Source: Acidobacteriota bacterium
GTDB taxonomy: Bacteria > Acidobacteriota > UBA6911 > RPQK01 > JAJDTT01
DNA length: 64,000 bases
Assembly: GCA_965217775.1 (NCBI GenBank)
Contig: CBDCJH010000002.1
Location: 3,808,001-3,872,000, forward strand
Direction of reading: 5' to 3'
Made by a program: the position numbers and the translations under genes. Positions within the stretch are counted from its first letter, which is position 1; the number at the start of each line of letters is the position of its first letter. Shown one piece after another: positions 47,273-57,629 of this stretch. Under the pieces are notes generated by a model, which made no database searches, was not told the DNA's origin, and was given only the letters and a program-made list of their open reading frames with translations.

Positions 47273-49030
47273 CTATGGCTTCCACGGTACTCCGGAGCCT
47301 TCTTGGAGGGTGACGAGCCGGTCAGCTTCCACCCCTTCCCAGATCTCGCTGCTGCCGCTGGGCCAGTGGACGATGACTGCCTTGACCTCCTGGTCCCGGC
47401 CCAAGCCAAAGTGCACCCGATGGTCGTTGGCGTTCAAATAGCTGCCGTCGGTATGCGCGCGACGCCATAACGTTCTCTTACCCTGGCGCTGCACTCCCAC
47501 CCGGGCTCCTGCCCCGTAGCGGTTGCTTTGCACCCCCTCCAGTTGAACCTGCAGCCAGTGATGCCGCGACCCGATCTGATTCAACAGCAACCGCACCGGT
47601 CCGTTGTTGTTGCTGATCAGAATGTCCACGTCACCGTCGTTGTCAATGTCGCCAAAGGCGGCTCCCCGGCTCACTTCCGACAGTTGCAGGGCCGCTCCCG
47701 CCTCGGCAGTCGTTTCTCGATAGTTCCCTTCCCCGTCGTTATGGAACAGTTGGTTGATTTGATCGTAGGCATAATCGGCCGGTTCGGCCAGCCGCGTCAT
47801 TCGCACCGCACCATTGGCCATGAACAAATCCAACTGGCCGTCATTGTCGTAGTCGAACCACTGGGTGCCGAAACCGGTGTAATTATGAACCCGGGTCAAT
47901 CCAAAACGACTGGTCTGGTCAGAAAAACCGCCGGCGCCATCGTTCAGATAGAGGGTGTGGGTCTCTTCCGTCAGATGAGTCATGAAGAGGTCTTCGCTGC
48001 CGTCGTTGTTGAAATCGGCGGCCGTGACCCCCATGCTGGCCTCGGCATTGCCATCGACGTTGAACGCTGTCCCTGAGAACAACCCCGCCTCTTCAAAGCT
48101 TCCGTTTCCCCGGTTGAGCCAGAGTCGATTGGGAGTCTTGTCATTGGCAACGTAGATATCCGTCCACCCGTCAACATTGAAATCCGCACAAACGACGCCC
48201 AATCCATTACCAAACGCAGCCGCCAGCCCCGCCTGCTCTGTCACGTCGACGAATCGGCGCCCACCCTCGTTGCGAAAGAACCGGTCGGGCAATGGGGAAT
48301 AAACAGTGGGAAAACAGTAATCCCTGGCGCCGGCGGTCCTGCAAACCTGGTTCCCCGTTACGGTGAAGCCAACGTAGTTGGTCAGGAACAAATCAAGGTC
48401 GCCGTCGCGATCGTAGTCCAGAAAGGCAGCGCTGGTGGTCCAGCGGGAATCCTCGGCTCCCATTCCCTCCATCGGGGTGAAGGTCGCGTCTCCGTTGTTG
48501 CGATACAAAAGATTGGGGCCGTAGTTGGTCAGGTAAAGGTCAAGATCTCCATCGTTGTCGTAGTCCCCAACCGCAGCCCCCATCCCGTAGCTGACCGAGT
48601 CGACTCCAGTCTCGGTGGTCACCTCGCGAAAACTCAGACTTCCGCCAGGGATCAGTTCGTTTCGATAGAACCGGTGTCCCGGCCTCCACCCAGGGTCTGG
48701 AACAAACTGAGACTGGGAGGGACTCTTGCCCGGTTCCAGCATCGTGCCTTGTACCAGATAGACATCCAGGTCGCCGTCGCCATCGTAGTCCAACAGGGCG
48801 GCTCCTGCGCCCACGATTTCAGGCAGGTAAAACTTGCCGCCGGCCCCGTTGAAGTGTTTGAAATCCAGCCCCACCTGGGAAGCCACTTCCGAGAAAAGCG
48901 GAGTTGGTATCGACGGGTCTTGCGCCCCAAGAGACGGCCAAGCAGAGGCTCCCCAAAGCAGGGTGACCAGCAGCCGGCCAGCGGGCCGTGAGCAAGCGCC
49001 CCGGGCCGGAAAGCCCGCCATCTCTCTCAT
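47273..49030 (-). CDS. CRTAC1-family protein (FG-GAP repeats plus ASPIC/UnbV)
   Basis: YLPEIVGAGAALLDYDGDGDLD; multiple DxDxDG repeats; SRGAAFGDIDNDGDVD; VHFGLG. Confidence 0.92.
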   Translation of the reverse strand: MREMAGFPARGACSRPAGRLLVTLLWGASAWPSLGAQDPSIPTPLFSEVASQVGLDFKHFNGAGGKFYLPEIVGAGAALLDYDGDGDLDVYLVQGTMLEPGKSPSQSQFVPDPGWRPGHRFYRNELIPGGSLSFREVTTETGVDSVSYGMGAAVGDYDNDGDLDLYLTNYGPNLLYRNNGDATFTPMEGMGAEDSRWTTSAAFLDYDRDGDLDLFLTNYVGFTVTGNQVCRTAGARDYCFPTVYSPLPDRFFRNEGGRRFVDVTEQAGLAAAFGNGLGVVCADFNVDGWTDIYVANDKTPNRLWLNRGNGSFEEAGLFSGTAFNVDGNAEASMGVTAADFNNDGSEDLFMTHLTEETHTLYLNDGAGGFSDQTSRFGLTRVHNYTGFGTQWFDYDNDGQLDLFMANGAVRMTRLAEPADYAYDQINQLFHNDGEGNYRETTAEAGAALQLSEVSRGAAFGDIDNDGDVDILISNNNGPVRLLLNQIGSRHHWLQVQLEGVQSNRYGAGARVGVQRQGKRTLWRRAHTDGSYLNANDHRVHFGLGRDQEVKAVIVHWPSGSSEIWEGVEADRLVTLQEGSGVPWKP

Positions 49031-50436
49031 GGCCGTTTGCCTGCTTGCTGCAACTGCTGCAGGAACCTCTCCAGGTCAACTGCCAATTCACCCTTCCCCA
49101 CCGAAAGCGCCTTTTCTCGGGCCTGGGTGGCAGATTCAACGGCTTTATCCAGGTCACCCAGGCGAGCATAGCTGTGGGCCAACAGGTACAGGTACACGGG
49201 AGTTCTCTCATCCTCTACGCTTAGAGTCTTCAGGAAATGGGGGACGGCTTCCGCATCCTTCCCCTGTTTCTGAAGCAGGAGACCCAACTGAAAATGGGCT
49301 GTCCGGTAATCAGGCTGGTTCTCGATCGCCTGCCGAAAATGGTGCTTGGCACCCTTTAGACGCTCTTGCTGGGCCAAAACCACCCCCAGAAGGTAGTGGG
49401 ACTCGGCGTAAAAAGGATCGATTTCCAAGGCCTCTCGAAAGGCTTCCGCAGCTTCCCGGTTTCTACCCTGAAGTCGGCGGAGTAATCCCAGGTTGTGGCG
49501 AATTTCGTGAATATTCGGATCAAGCTTGAGAGCCAATTGACAGTGGTGCTCGGCTTGGTCCAACCGTTTCAAAAGCAGCTGGGCCAGGCACAGATTGGCG
49601 TGAGCCCGCGCGTACTTCGGATCTTCCTTCAGAGCCCGTTGATATTCAACGATGGCCAGTTCGACCCGACCCTCCTCTTGAAGCCGAAGACCCTCCTTGA
49701 AGTAATATTCTGCGTAGGATCGCAGGGCTGCCACCGTCTTGAGCAGAGGATCATCCAACTGCGGACTTCTCCCCCGATTTTGTTGAAAGCGCCGTATGTT
49801 TTCTTGATATTTATCCAGCATTCCCAGTTGTCGACAGGCTGTTGCCAAAGCGTAATAGGCCGCCGCGAAACCCGGGGACAATTTCAAGGCTCTGCGGTAG
49901 CTTTGAATTGCGGCTTGCCATTGACCCCTGGAGGACTGAATCCGACCCATTCCGTAGTGCGCTTGCGAACAGTCGGGATGTTGCTTTAGCACTTGCTCGT
50001 AGATTGTTTTTGCTTCCTCCTGATTGTGGGTCGCAAGAAGAAGTTCGGCCAATCGGACACGGGCGGGAAGATAGTCCGGGTCAACCGTGGTCGCCTTGCG
50101 CAATATGCTGATAGCCTCCCTGGTCTTCCCCTCGGCTCCGCGCACGACGCCCAGGTAGTATGGCCAACGAAAAGTTCCTGATTGCAGCAAGTCGCTTCTT
50201 TGATAAAAAACTGCTGCCAGCTCGAATTGGTCGAAGGCATGGAAGGTCATTGCCAAGCGACCGTTGGCTTCCACATCGTTTGGAAATTCCAACACCTTGG
50301 CATAGGCTTGCTGCAATTTGGGCTCGAGAATCTCCAATTGCCGGGGCAGGAGTTGAGGAATGGGTGGAAGATCCTGGGCCCAAAGGTCTGAGGAAACCAG
50401 GAGAAATAACACGACCGGTGCGGCCCAACGGCCCAT
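49027..50436 (-). CDS. Secreted tetratricopeptide repeat protein
   Basis: Signal peptide; repeated A..Y..AL..P...A...LG TPR units; ATGA overlap couples it to the CRTAC1 gene. Confidence 0.88.
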   Translation of the reverse strand: MGRWAAPVVLFLLVSSDLWAQDLPPIPQLLPRQLEILEPKLQQAYAKVLEFPNDVEANGRLAMTFHAFDQFELAAVFYQRSDLLQSGTFRWPYYLGVVRGAEGKTREAISILRKATTVDPDYLPARVRLAELLLATHNQEEAKTIYEQVLKQHPDCSQAHYGMGRIQSSRGQWQAAIQSYRRALKLSPGFAAAYYALATACRQLGMLDKYQENIRRFQQNRGRSPQLDDPLLKTVAALRSYAEYYFKEGLRLQEEGRVELAIVEYQRALKEDPKYARAHANLCLAQLLLKRLDQAEHHCQLALKLDPNIHEIRHNLGLLRRLQGRNREAAEAFREALEIDPFYAESHYLLGVVLAQQERLKGAKHHFRQAIENQPDYRTAHFQLGLLLQKQGKDAEAVPHFLKTLSVEDERTPVYLYLLAHSYARLGDLDKAVESATQAREKALSVGKGELAVDLERFLQQLQQAGKRP

Positions 50437-50585
50437 TGTCCGAATTGTATTCCGCGTTGAACACTCGGTCAAGCCAGGCCAGGAACAGGCCCAGGATGGT
50501 GTGGCCCCGGAGCAACTGGAATAGGATAGGCGGGATTCTCTAGTTGATCTTTCCACCCTCTTCGCACGTCTGTTAGCATTGGAGG

Positions 50586-52028
50586 ATGGTGTTGCCTGCC
50601 GGGCCACGCTGGTCACATCTAGCACGAAGTACTGTCCTTTTTATTTTCTTCTGCTTCGGATGGTCACAATCGTCAGGGCAGAAAACCGTTTCGGAACTCC
50701 TTCTAGCAGGCCGTTTGCCGGAGGCCCGTAAAATACTTGTGGAGCGGGCTCAAAAGGATCCGGACAACGAAGATTTACAGGCAGTTCTTGGGCAAATCGC
50801 CTTCCGTTTGAAAGAGTACGGGGAGGCTGCGGAACGCTTCCAAGAAAGTACCTCAAAGCTCTCCACGAACCCGATTCTACTTCTCAACTATACCGAGTCG
50901 CTACTGCAGACCAAGGCCAATCAGGCTGCCCTTGAAGCAGTGGAACGATTGCCCGAAGACCACTTCATGGCGCAGTTCGAGGCGGGTTTGATTCTGGCTC
51001 GCTTCGGCGAATTCCCGGCTGCTGAAAGACATTTCCGGCTGGCCCGGGCCGGGCATCCGGACCCGCTGTCAGTGGCCTACAACTTGGCCTTGGCGCAATA
51101 CCGTCTAAGGAAGTTCGAAGAGTGCGCGGCGACGCTCGAGGAATTGCGCCGCGGCTGGACCATTTCCAATATTTCAGGTCCTCCGGATCATTCCTTGGCT
51201 CAGAAACAGGAACGAATGCTCGATTTATTGTTGCTGGCGAAAAAGGAGGCGCCAGTCGACATGCTGCGGCAGGCGATCGACCGCGATCCTGGAGATGAAA
51301 TCAATTACCTGGCCGCTGCCGAGCGCCTGGTCGAGGAAAACCAGCTACTGCAGGCAGTTGGATTGGTGGAGCGGGGTCTGGAACAACTCCCGCATGCTTA
51401 CAGTTTGGGTTTCAAACATGCTCATTTGCGATATCTCCTGGCTCAATACGGGAGGGCCGAATCCGAGTACCGAAAGGCTGCCAAGCTACGGCCGGACCTG
51501 GACATGCCGCGAGTGGGTTTGGCTCTGGTGCTGATGGCAACCCGGCAGCTTGACGAGGCTTCCACTGTCTTGCAGGAGGTGCTGCAACGAACCCCTCTCA
51601 GTTTTTATGGACATTATCTTCTGGGAGAGCTGGCTATCTTGGGCGGTGCTGCGCCCGGAAGTCAGGTTGAGTCGAAAGCCGTGGAGCACCTGAAACGGGC
51701 CACTGCGTTACAACCGGATTTCTTTTTTTGGGAAGGATCATCTCCCGTGGCCCTTGCACACACCAGCCTGGGTAAGCTGTATTTGAAAAGAAGCGACCCC
51801 GCCTCGGCCGTTCGAGAGTTGGAAAAAGCGGTTCAACTGGACCCGGAAGCGACTCCGGCCTTCTATCAGCTCTCGATCGCTTATCGAAAGTTGGGTAATA
51901 AGGAAAAAGAACGCCAGACATTGGCCCAGGTCCGTCGTCTCAATCAACAAAGGCGCCAACTAGGCGCCAGGGAATTGTCGAATCGCGCGCTTCAGAAAAC
52001 CCGCCTGGGAACTGGTAGTCCCCCCTAA
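50586..52028 (+). CDS. Secreted tetratricopeptide repeat protein (paralog of 57630-59009)
   Basis: TPR units; AVRELEKAVQLDPEATPAFYQLSIAYRKLG. Confidence 0.85.
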   Translation: MVLPAGPRWSHLARSTVLFIFFCFGWSQSSGQKTVSELLLAGRLPEARKILVERAQKDPDNEDLQAVLGQIAFRLKEYGEAAERFQESTSKLSTNPILLLNYTESLLQTKANQAALEAVERLPEDHFMAQFEAGLILARFGEFPAAERHFRLARAGHPDPLSVAYNLALAQYRLRKFEECAATLEELRRGWTISNISGPPDHSLAQKQERMLDLLLLAKKEAPVDMLRQAIDRDPGDEINYLAAAERLVEENQLLQAVGLVERGLEQLPHAYSLGFKHAHLRYLLAQYGRAESEYRKAAKLRPDLDMPRVGLALVLMATRQLDEASTVLQEVLQRTPLSFYGHYLLGELAILGGAAPGSQVESKAVEHLKRATALQPDFFFWEGSSPVALAHTSLGKLYLKRSDPASAVRELEKAVQLDPEATPAFYQLSIAYRKLGNKEKERQTLAQVRRLNQQRRQLGARELSNRALQKTRLGTGSPP

Positions 52029-52221
52029 AACAATGTCTGGACCAAGTGCTGACCGCGCTGATCAAATCACTATCCACTCGCTACTAACCACTATCTGACT
52101 ACTCACGCCCTCGTTTATGCGCTTGTCACCCGGGTACCCTTACGGTTGTTTCTCAAAGAAGTGCAAGCTGAAGGATCATCCATTTATGTCGTGATACATG
52201 CGTGGGGCCATGGTCCCATCG

Positions 52222-53505
52222 TCAGCGCCGCGAACTGTCCTTTTGCTGGAACTGCTTCAAAAGACGTTTAGCTACAGTCGAATAGATAGCGATGTTGTGA
52301 TCCCGCATCCGCGGAGCCTCAAAACCGCCGGCCGTCTCCATTGGCGTTCTCAGGTCCCGATGTACCGGCATATGACAGTCGATACAGTTGCCTTCGATGG
52401 TATCCCCCAAGGTTGCTACCATCCCACAGACCTGGGGCTGGTGGCAGGTCATGCAACGTCGAGAAAACAGTTGCCGGTTCCCCCGCTCCAGGTGGTGCGG
52501 ATCATGGCAACTCATACAGGTCATTGATCCACTCTCCTGAAAACATCGGGAGCGGCGAAGACGATCGGGTTGATTGGTGGTGTGCACGCCTCCGCTGTTC
52601 CTGGCCCGAAGGCTCTCCACGGCAATGAACGCTTCAGGTCCCTGGCCGGGTCTGAAGGAAAAGGGACCGTTGCGTGGGACCAGGTGACCCGAGTGACACT
52701 GGGCGCAGAGTGTCATCCGGAGTTGCCGGTCGAGTTTTCCGGGATGGACGATATCGGCAGTTGCGCCGGAGTCGGATCTTTCCAACCGGTTTTTCGAATG
52801 AAGACCTCCCGGACCATGACAGCTCTCGCAGGTGACTCCCAGCAAGTAATGGTCCTGGCGATAGACATTGCTCAGATAGGGCCGCATAGGGTCTTCTTCG
52901 CTGACGACCTCAAAGAAGGTGGCATGGCATTCGAGGCAACGCGGATTAACCGGGCGATCGAAATACGCCTGACCATCCGGATAGCCGGGGCTGTTGATCC
53001 AACGCTTCGCCTGAGTGAAATAGGAAACCGGCAACTGGAAGAGTTCGCTGCCTCGCCAGTAGAGATAAGTCTGGCCCATTTTCCCCGATCCGACGACGAT
53101 GTCCATGCGCTCGGTCCGCGGGACAATTCGACCTTTTTCCCGGGACCAGGCGGTTTGAAAGAAGCCGTCTTCCAATGCGCGCATCTCGAACCAGAGATCG
53201 GGATTGCGGGTGCGAAGCAAATTTTGATCGGACGCAAAACTGCCGCGTATGGAGTTCGCTTGAGGAAGCTGGGAGGTGAGGTAGTGGGAGGTTTGGCGAA
53301 AGCTTTCAAAGACGGCTTGATGACATTTCCCACAGGTCGAGGCGCCGACATAAGAAGAGCGATTGTTGCCCGAAGGCGCCGGCACGGAAGAGGCTGGTTG
53401 TTCCGGCGGGAGCAGCGGTGGGCCGGCAACCGGTTGAACCAAGAGGAGCGGAACCAGAATCCGGATCAAAGAGCCGGTATGGGGACAACCCACCTTATCC
53501 CCCAA
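52222..53505 (-). CDS. Multiheme c-type cytochrome (7 CxxCH, c554-like N-domain)
   Basis: YVGASTCGKCH, CLECH, GVTCESCHGPG, CAQCH, CMSCHDPH, CMTCH, CIDCHMP; signal-like N-terminus. Confidence 0.88.
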   Translation of the reverse strand: MGDKVGCPHTGSLIRILVPLLLVQPVAGPPLLPPEQPASSVPAPSGNNRSSYVGASTCGKCHQAVFESFRQTSHYLTSQLPQANSIRGSFASDQNLLRTRNPDLWFEMRALEDGFFQTAWSREKGRIVPRTERMDIVVGSGKMGQTYLYWRGSELFQLPVSYFTQAKRWINSPGYPDGQAYFDRPVNPRCLECHATFFEVVSEEDPMRPYLSNVYRQDHYLLGVTCESCHGPGGLHSKNRLERSDSGATADIVHPGKLDRQLRMTLCAQCHSGHLVPRNGPFSFRPGQGPEAFIAVESLRARNSGGVHTTNQPDRLRRSRCFQESGSMTCMSCHDPHHLERGNRQLFSRRCMTCHQPQVCGMVATLGDTIEGNCIDCHMPVHRDLRTPMETAGGFEAPRMRDHNIAIYSTVAKRLLKQFQQKDSSRR

Positions 53506-53640
53506 CTCTCCAAAAATGGGAATGATGACTTGGTTCCCAACAGAACTGGTTGGGAGTCACCAAAGTACGCCTGTCGGACGATCCGGTCGTGGACCGCTAC
53601 AAAAGCCCAAGTCGGGTCTGGGACGATCAATTCGAGAGGG

Positions 53641-53691
53641 ACTTGCTCAGTCCCGCCACCTCGTTTTAACAGGCGGCGAGACTGAGCAGGT
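53641..53691. terminator. Long stem-loop downstream of the TBDR gene (putative terminator or attenuator)
   Basis: ACTTGCTCAGTCCCGCCACCT...AGGCGGCGAGACTGAGCAGGT imperfect inverted repeat, 10 bp after the stop codon. Confidence 0.55.
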
Positions 53692-53700
53692 GGTTGATTG

Positions 53701-56700
53701 TCAGAAATAGAACTGCAGTCCCAACTGAGTTTGGCGTCCAAATTGAGCGCTTGTGATGCGATTGGTCGTGCAGGGAGCAGCGGCCGGACAGATGCTTGTA
53801 CTCGGATCGTTGAAGTTGGCGCGGTTCAGGAAATTGAAGAAATCGGCCGTAAAACGAAGCCGCTTACCCTCCATGATAACGAAGTCCTTCATCAGGGAGA
53901 AATCAACGGTCTGCGATCCAGGACCTTCCACGATTCCGACACCGGCATTGCCAAAGACGAAGGGCCCGGGATGAACGAATGCATTGATGTCCCACCAGGC
54001 TTCGATCGTCTGCGGACCCTTGCCGTTACGGACCCGGGTGGCGCGTGAATTTCCCCCGAATGAACCCGTCAAGTTGGGCGATGCGTAGAAGTTCAGAGGA
54101 ACTCCCGATTGGCCAATAAAGGCGAATGAGGTGTTCCAACCCCCTAGTATTTTAGCTATGGGTCCATCAGCGAGAAACGTACGATTTACTCCGAAGGGCA
54201 ACTCGTAAGTACCCGCCACCACGAAACGCAGCCGTCTCGAGAGCCAAGCCGGCCCCCTGGCGGCAGCTCGGTCGTAGACGTTGTGTCGCCCTTCACGATT
54301 GCCCAGGTGTTTTGACCAGGTGAAGTTGGTGAGAAATGCCAAGCCGCCTCCGAACCTCTTTTGCGCCTTGAGCACCATGGCATGATAAGTCATGGTCTTG
54401 TCGGGTACCGAGATCTGGTTTACAGCGCTGTATTGCGGATAGGGGCGGTCGGCCTGGGTGGCATTCGGCCCCATCAATTGAGGCCGAAGCTGGTTCAAAT
54501 TGTAGCTCCACTCACCCAGGTGCCTGGTCAGGTTGCCGATGTAGCCGGCTTCGAGCACGATGTCGTTGATTTCGTGCTGGAGGGTGAAACTCATAGAGAT
54601 GCTGTAGGGGTTCTGACGCAACTCGGGACAGCACAGGTATTCGGCGCCCAGAATGGCCGGCTGCCCAATCTCAACCGCTCCGAATCCGGGTTGCAGCTCG
54701 AACACCGGTATCGCTCCCACACCGGCCGAAAGACCGCTGATCGCCGGAGTGACTCCAAAGTCGGGGCTTCCCAAGTCCTTGCTGACTGTCACATCGCCGC
54801 GGCCCGTCCGGGGAGTTTGCCAGGGGTTCATGCCGATCATGGGCTGCATGTAGTAAATGCCGGCCCCGGCCCGCACCACTGTCTTGCCGCCCCCGGGATT
54901 CCAGGCGACTCCCAGGCGCGGGGCAACGTTGGTTTTTTGCGTCTCATAGTACTTGTCGGGGTAAAAGAAGGCGCCCGGGCAGTTACAAACGGGGTTGATC
55001 GCATTGAGGTCGAAAGAGCTTATGAGGTTATTTCGCTCCCTTAACGGCGTGTCGAAGTCATAGCGCAGCCCCAGGTTCACGATCACGTTGGGACTGACCC
55101 GCCAGTCGTCCTGCACGAACATCCCCCAGTACCAAGTGCTGAAATTTCGTTGGGCAACATTGGAAATGCTGGCGGCGTCCACCCAATCCAGCAGCAGAGA
55201 GGCTACTGAATCCCCGCTGGCGGCGTCAAAAGGATGGGCGGCTGTGGCGTTGGCAGAGAAATTATATCGTCCGGAGGAATTGCTGGCTTGGAAATACGCG
55301 TGACCGGAACGTCTCGTCTCGATGCCGACCTTGAATGAATGGGCGCCCTTCAGCCAGGTAGCGGTCTCGCCAAAGTGCAGCCCGCGTCGTGGATTGATCG
55401 CAGCGCCACCGCCCCAGCCGGCGCCGGGTCCGTTGTAGCCGGGTATGCCGATAAAGGGAAAGTGGTTGTTGCCGCCGTAGGTCGTCGTGGCCGGGACTTC
55501 AGGAGGAACCGTGATTCCTACCTCTTGCGGGAAACCCAGACCCTGGGAAAGAGGCCTTGCCCATTGCGACAACTCGTTGTAGGACTGGCGAAAGTCAGAG
55601 ATCACCGAGGGACTGAAGGTATGCGTCCAACCGGCCGCCTGGTTGAGCTGGTCGAACCTCATAACCCAGTCATCCGGGTCGGCCGGATTCCGTTCGGCGC
55701 GCTTGGCAATGGCGTCGTCGGGAAGCCGGCTCGTGTCGAAGCCGGAGGGTGGAGTCCAGGGTCCAATCGATTCACTGACGGATGGATCGGAAATAAAGCG
55801 AGCAAAGATCTTGTCGTTGTCATCGACTTGCCAGTCGACACGGGCGGTCCATCCCCACAAGGCCAAGGGGTTGGCTGTCAGCCCCACGTAGTTGTTGCTT
55901 CCGGAAGGGTCATCAGGGGCCCGGTTCCCTAACGGAAGATAGGACAGAATCGCCTGTGCCTGGCGGCTGATGCGGTCGGCCGGGATGATGTTGTTCGGAA
56001 AAGGAGTTCGGCTGATCGTTCCGTCCGGATTTTCAACCGTGGTGAGCGGATCATAAATGGTTCGCAAACTCCCGTCAGAGTTGAACTTGCCCGAAAAATC
56101 CCCCCGCCTCTGGGCCTCCGTGGGGAAGGTGTGAAACCTGGAGCCGGTTGGAGTAAAGGAGCGCTTTCCCGAACCACTGACCATGAAGTGGAGTTTGTCT
56201 TTGACGATCGGTCCGTCCACTTCGAACCCGTAAAGATGTTCCCGGAAAGGGTCCCGTCTGGCAGCGAAGAAATTGCGAGCGTCCAACGCTTTCTGACGGT
56301 GAAACTCCCACACGGAACCGTGGAAACTGTTGGTTCCCGACTTGGTGGACATGATCACCAGGCCGCCACCCCCTCCGTTGTACTCGGCCTTGAAGCTGTT
56401 TTGCACGATCCGCATTTCCTTGACAGTGGCTGTTCTGGGACTGGTGTCCGGGTTGCTGTCGTAGGCGCGGCCGCTCATGCCGTAGGCTCCGTCGACATAG
56501 ATTTCCCCAGCTTGGTAGGGAGCTCCGTTCATGCTGTAATAAGTCGACTGGCCGGGTATCAGATTCCAGGTTCCGCGATAGGAAACAGCCGCTGCATACT
56601 TGATCATGTCGAGAGGCCGTTTTAATACTTGGGGCAGATCCTCGATCATTTTCTCTTCGAAAAAAGTGCTGACCTTTGCCGATTCCCTCTCCAGGGTCAC

Positions 56701-57063
56701 GCCCAGCGCCTCCACCGTGACCTGGTCGGAGATTTCACCAATTTCCAGGGCGATGTCCACGGTGGTGATCTTCATCGTTTCCAACGTCGCTTCCACGACC
56801 GTGGTTTTGAAGCCGTCCAACTGGGCACTAATTCGATAGGCCCCCGGATTCAGCTCGAAGACGCGGTATAGCCCCGTGTCGGTCGTGATGGACGTCTTGT
56901 TAACGCCGGACTCGGCGCTGGTGACGGTGACGGTGACGCCGGGCAGAACTGCGCCCGTGGCGTCCGTGACCGTCCCTGAGACTTCGGCGAAACGCTGTGC
57001 CCAGGCAACCGAAGAAAGCAGCGAGAAAGAGAGTAGAAAAACAACAACCGTTTTAGACTTCAT
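53701..57063 (-). CDS. TonB-dependent receptor, Oar-like (Acidobacteria-type)
   Basis: Signal peptide; VSGTVTDATGAVLPGVTVT; TKSGTNSFHGS; FVQDDWRVSP; APRLGVAW; GRQTQLGLQFYF C-terminus. Confidence 0.92.
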   Translation of the reverse strand: MKSKTVVVFLLSFSLLSSVAWAQRFAEVSGTVTDATGAVLPGVTVTVTSAESGVNKTSITTDTGLYRVFELNPGAYRISAQLDGFKTTVVEATLETMKITTVDIALEIGEISDQVTVEALGVTLERESAKVSTFFEEKMIEDLPQVLKRPLDMIKYAAAVSYRGTWNLIPGQSTYYSMNGAPYQAGEIYVDGAYGMSGRAYDSNPDTSPRTATVKEMRIVQNSFKAEYNGGGGGLVIMSTKSGTNSFHGSVWEFHRQKALDARNFFAARRDPFREHLYGFEVDGPIVKDKLHFMVSGSGKRSFTPTGSRFHTFPTEAQRRGDFSGKFNSDGSLRTIYDPLTTVENPDGTISRTPFPNNIIPADRISRQAQAILSYLPLGNRAPDDPSGSNNYVGLTANPLALWGWTARVDWQVDDNDKIFARFISDPSVSESIGPWTPPSGFDTSRLPDDAIAKRAERNPADPDDWVMRFDQLNQAAGWTHTFSPSVISDFRQSYNELSQWARPLSQGLGFPQEVGITVPPEVPATTTYGGNNHFPFIGIPGYNGPGAGWGGGAAINPRRGLHFGETATWLKGAHSFKVGIETRRSGHAYFQASNSSGRYNFSANATAAHPFDAASGDSVASLLLDWVDAASISNVAQRNFSTWYWGMFVQDDWRVSPNVIVNLGLRYDFDTPLRERNNLISSFDLNAINPVCNCPGAFFYPDKYYETQKTNVAPRLGVAWNPGGGKTVVRAGAGIYYMQPMIGMNPWQTPRTGRGDVTVSKDLGSPDFGVTPAISGLSAGVGAIPVFELQPGFGAVEIGQPAILGAEYLCCPELRQNPYSISMSFTLQHEINDIVLEAGYIGNLTRHLGEWSYNLNQLRPQLMGPNATQADRPYPQYSAVNQISVPDKTMTYHAMVLKAQKRFGGGLAFLTNFTWSKHLGNREGRHNVYDRAAARGPAWLSRRLRFVVAGTYELPFGVNRTFLADGPIAKILGGWNTSFAFIGQSGVPLNFYASPNLTGSFGGNSRATRVRNGKGPQTIEAWWDINAFVHPGPFVFGNAGVGIVEGPGSQTVDFSLMKDFVIMEGKRLRFTADFFNFLNRANFNDPSTSICPAAAPCTTNRITSAQFGRQTQLGLQFYF

Positions 57064-57629
57064 GGCCCTCACTTCTGTTAATAAAAATCGATCGAAGGAT
57101 TAAGGTAGGAGCAGAAAACCCGGCTCAACCAACCGGGGAGAGAATAAATTTCTTCGGCCGTCAAAGACCTCATCCAACCCTCTCAAAAACAAAAAGCGGA
57201 ACCGAGGTGTTCTCGTCCGCTACGGGTGCTCGGAATTCGGCCTTCACCGCGGGCCATGACGCAACTCAGTTGGTATCGGCTGGGCAAAGTCAGTCGCCAG
57301 GATTCCGAGTCCTGCGGACGATCCATCGGTCCAAAGCACGCACGTAGCACTGGGATGCAGGGGCGTTCAAAGCTTGTCTAGCAAGAGCGGGAGAGGAAGT
57401 CAACCCCCCCCGAAATAAAACAAAAATTCCGATTGCATCTTCCCGGGTCAGGAAACTTGCCGGGGGCGGGCGAGTCGGAGGGGTGTCATTTAGGGGGACA
57501 ACTCCAGTCTTTGGTTCAATTAACGGACTCTTTCGAGAGGCGCAAGAACCGTCAACGTGGTTCCTTGACCGACTACTCAACGGTTGAGACTCCTTGGTTC
57601 TTCCGATAGCCAAACCTTATACTGGGTCA

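Noticed and set aside
57073-57629. Long divergent intergenic region as a possible ncRNA or small ORF (57290-57613)
   Set aside because: No recognisable RNA motif, RBS-supported ORF or repeat; most likely divergent promoters.
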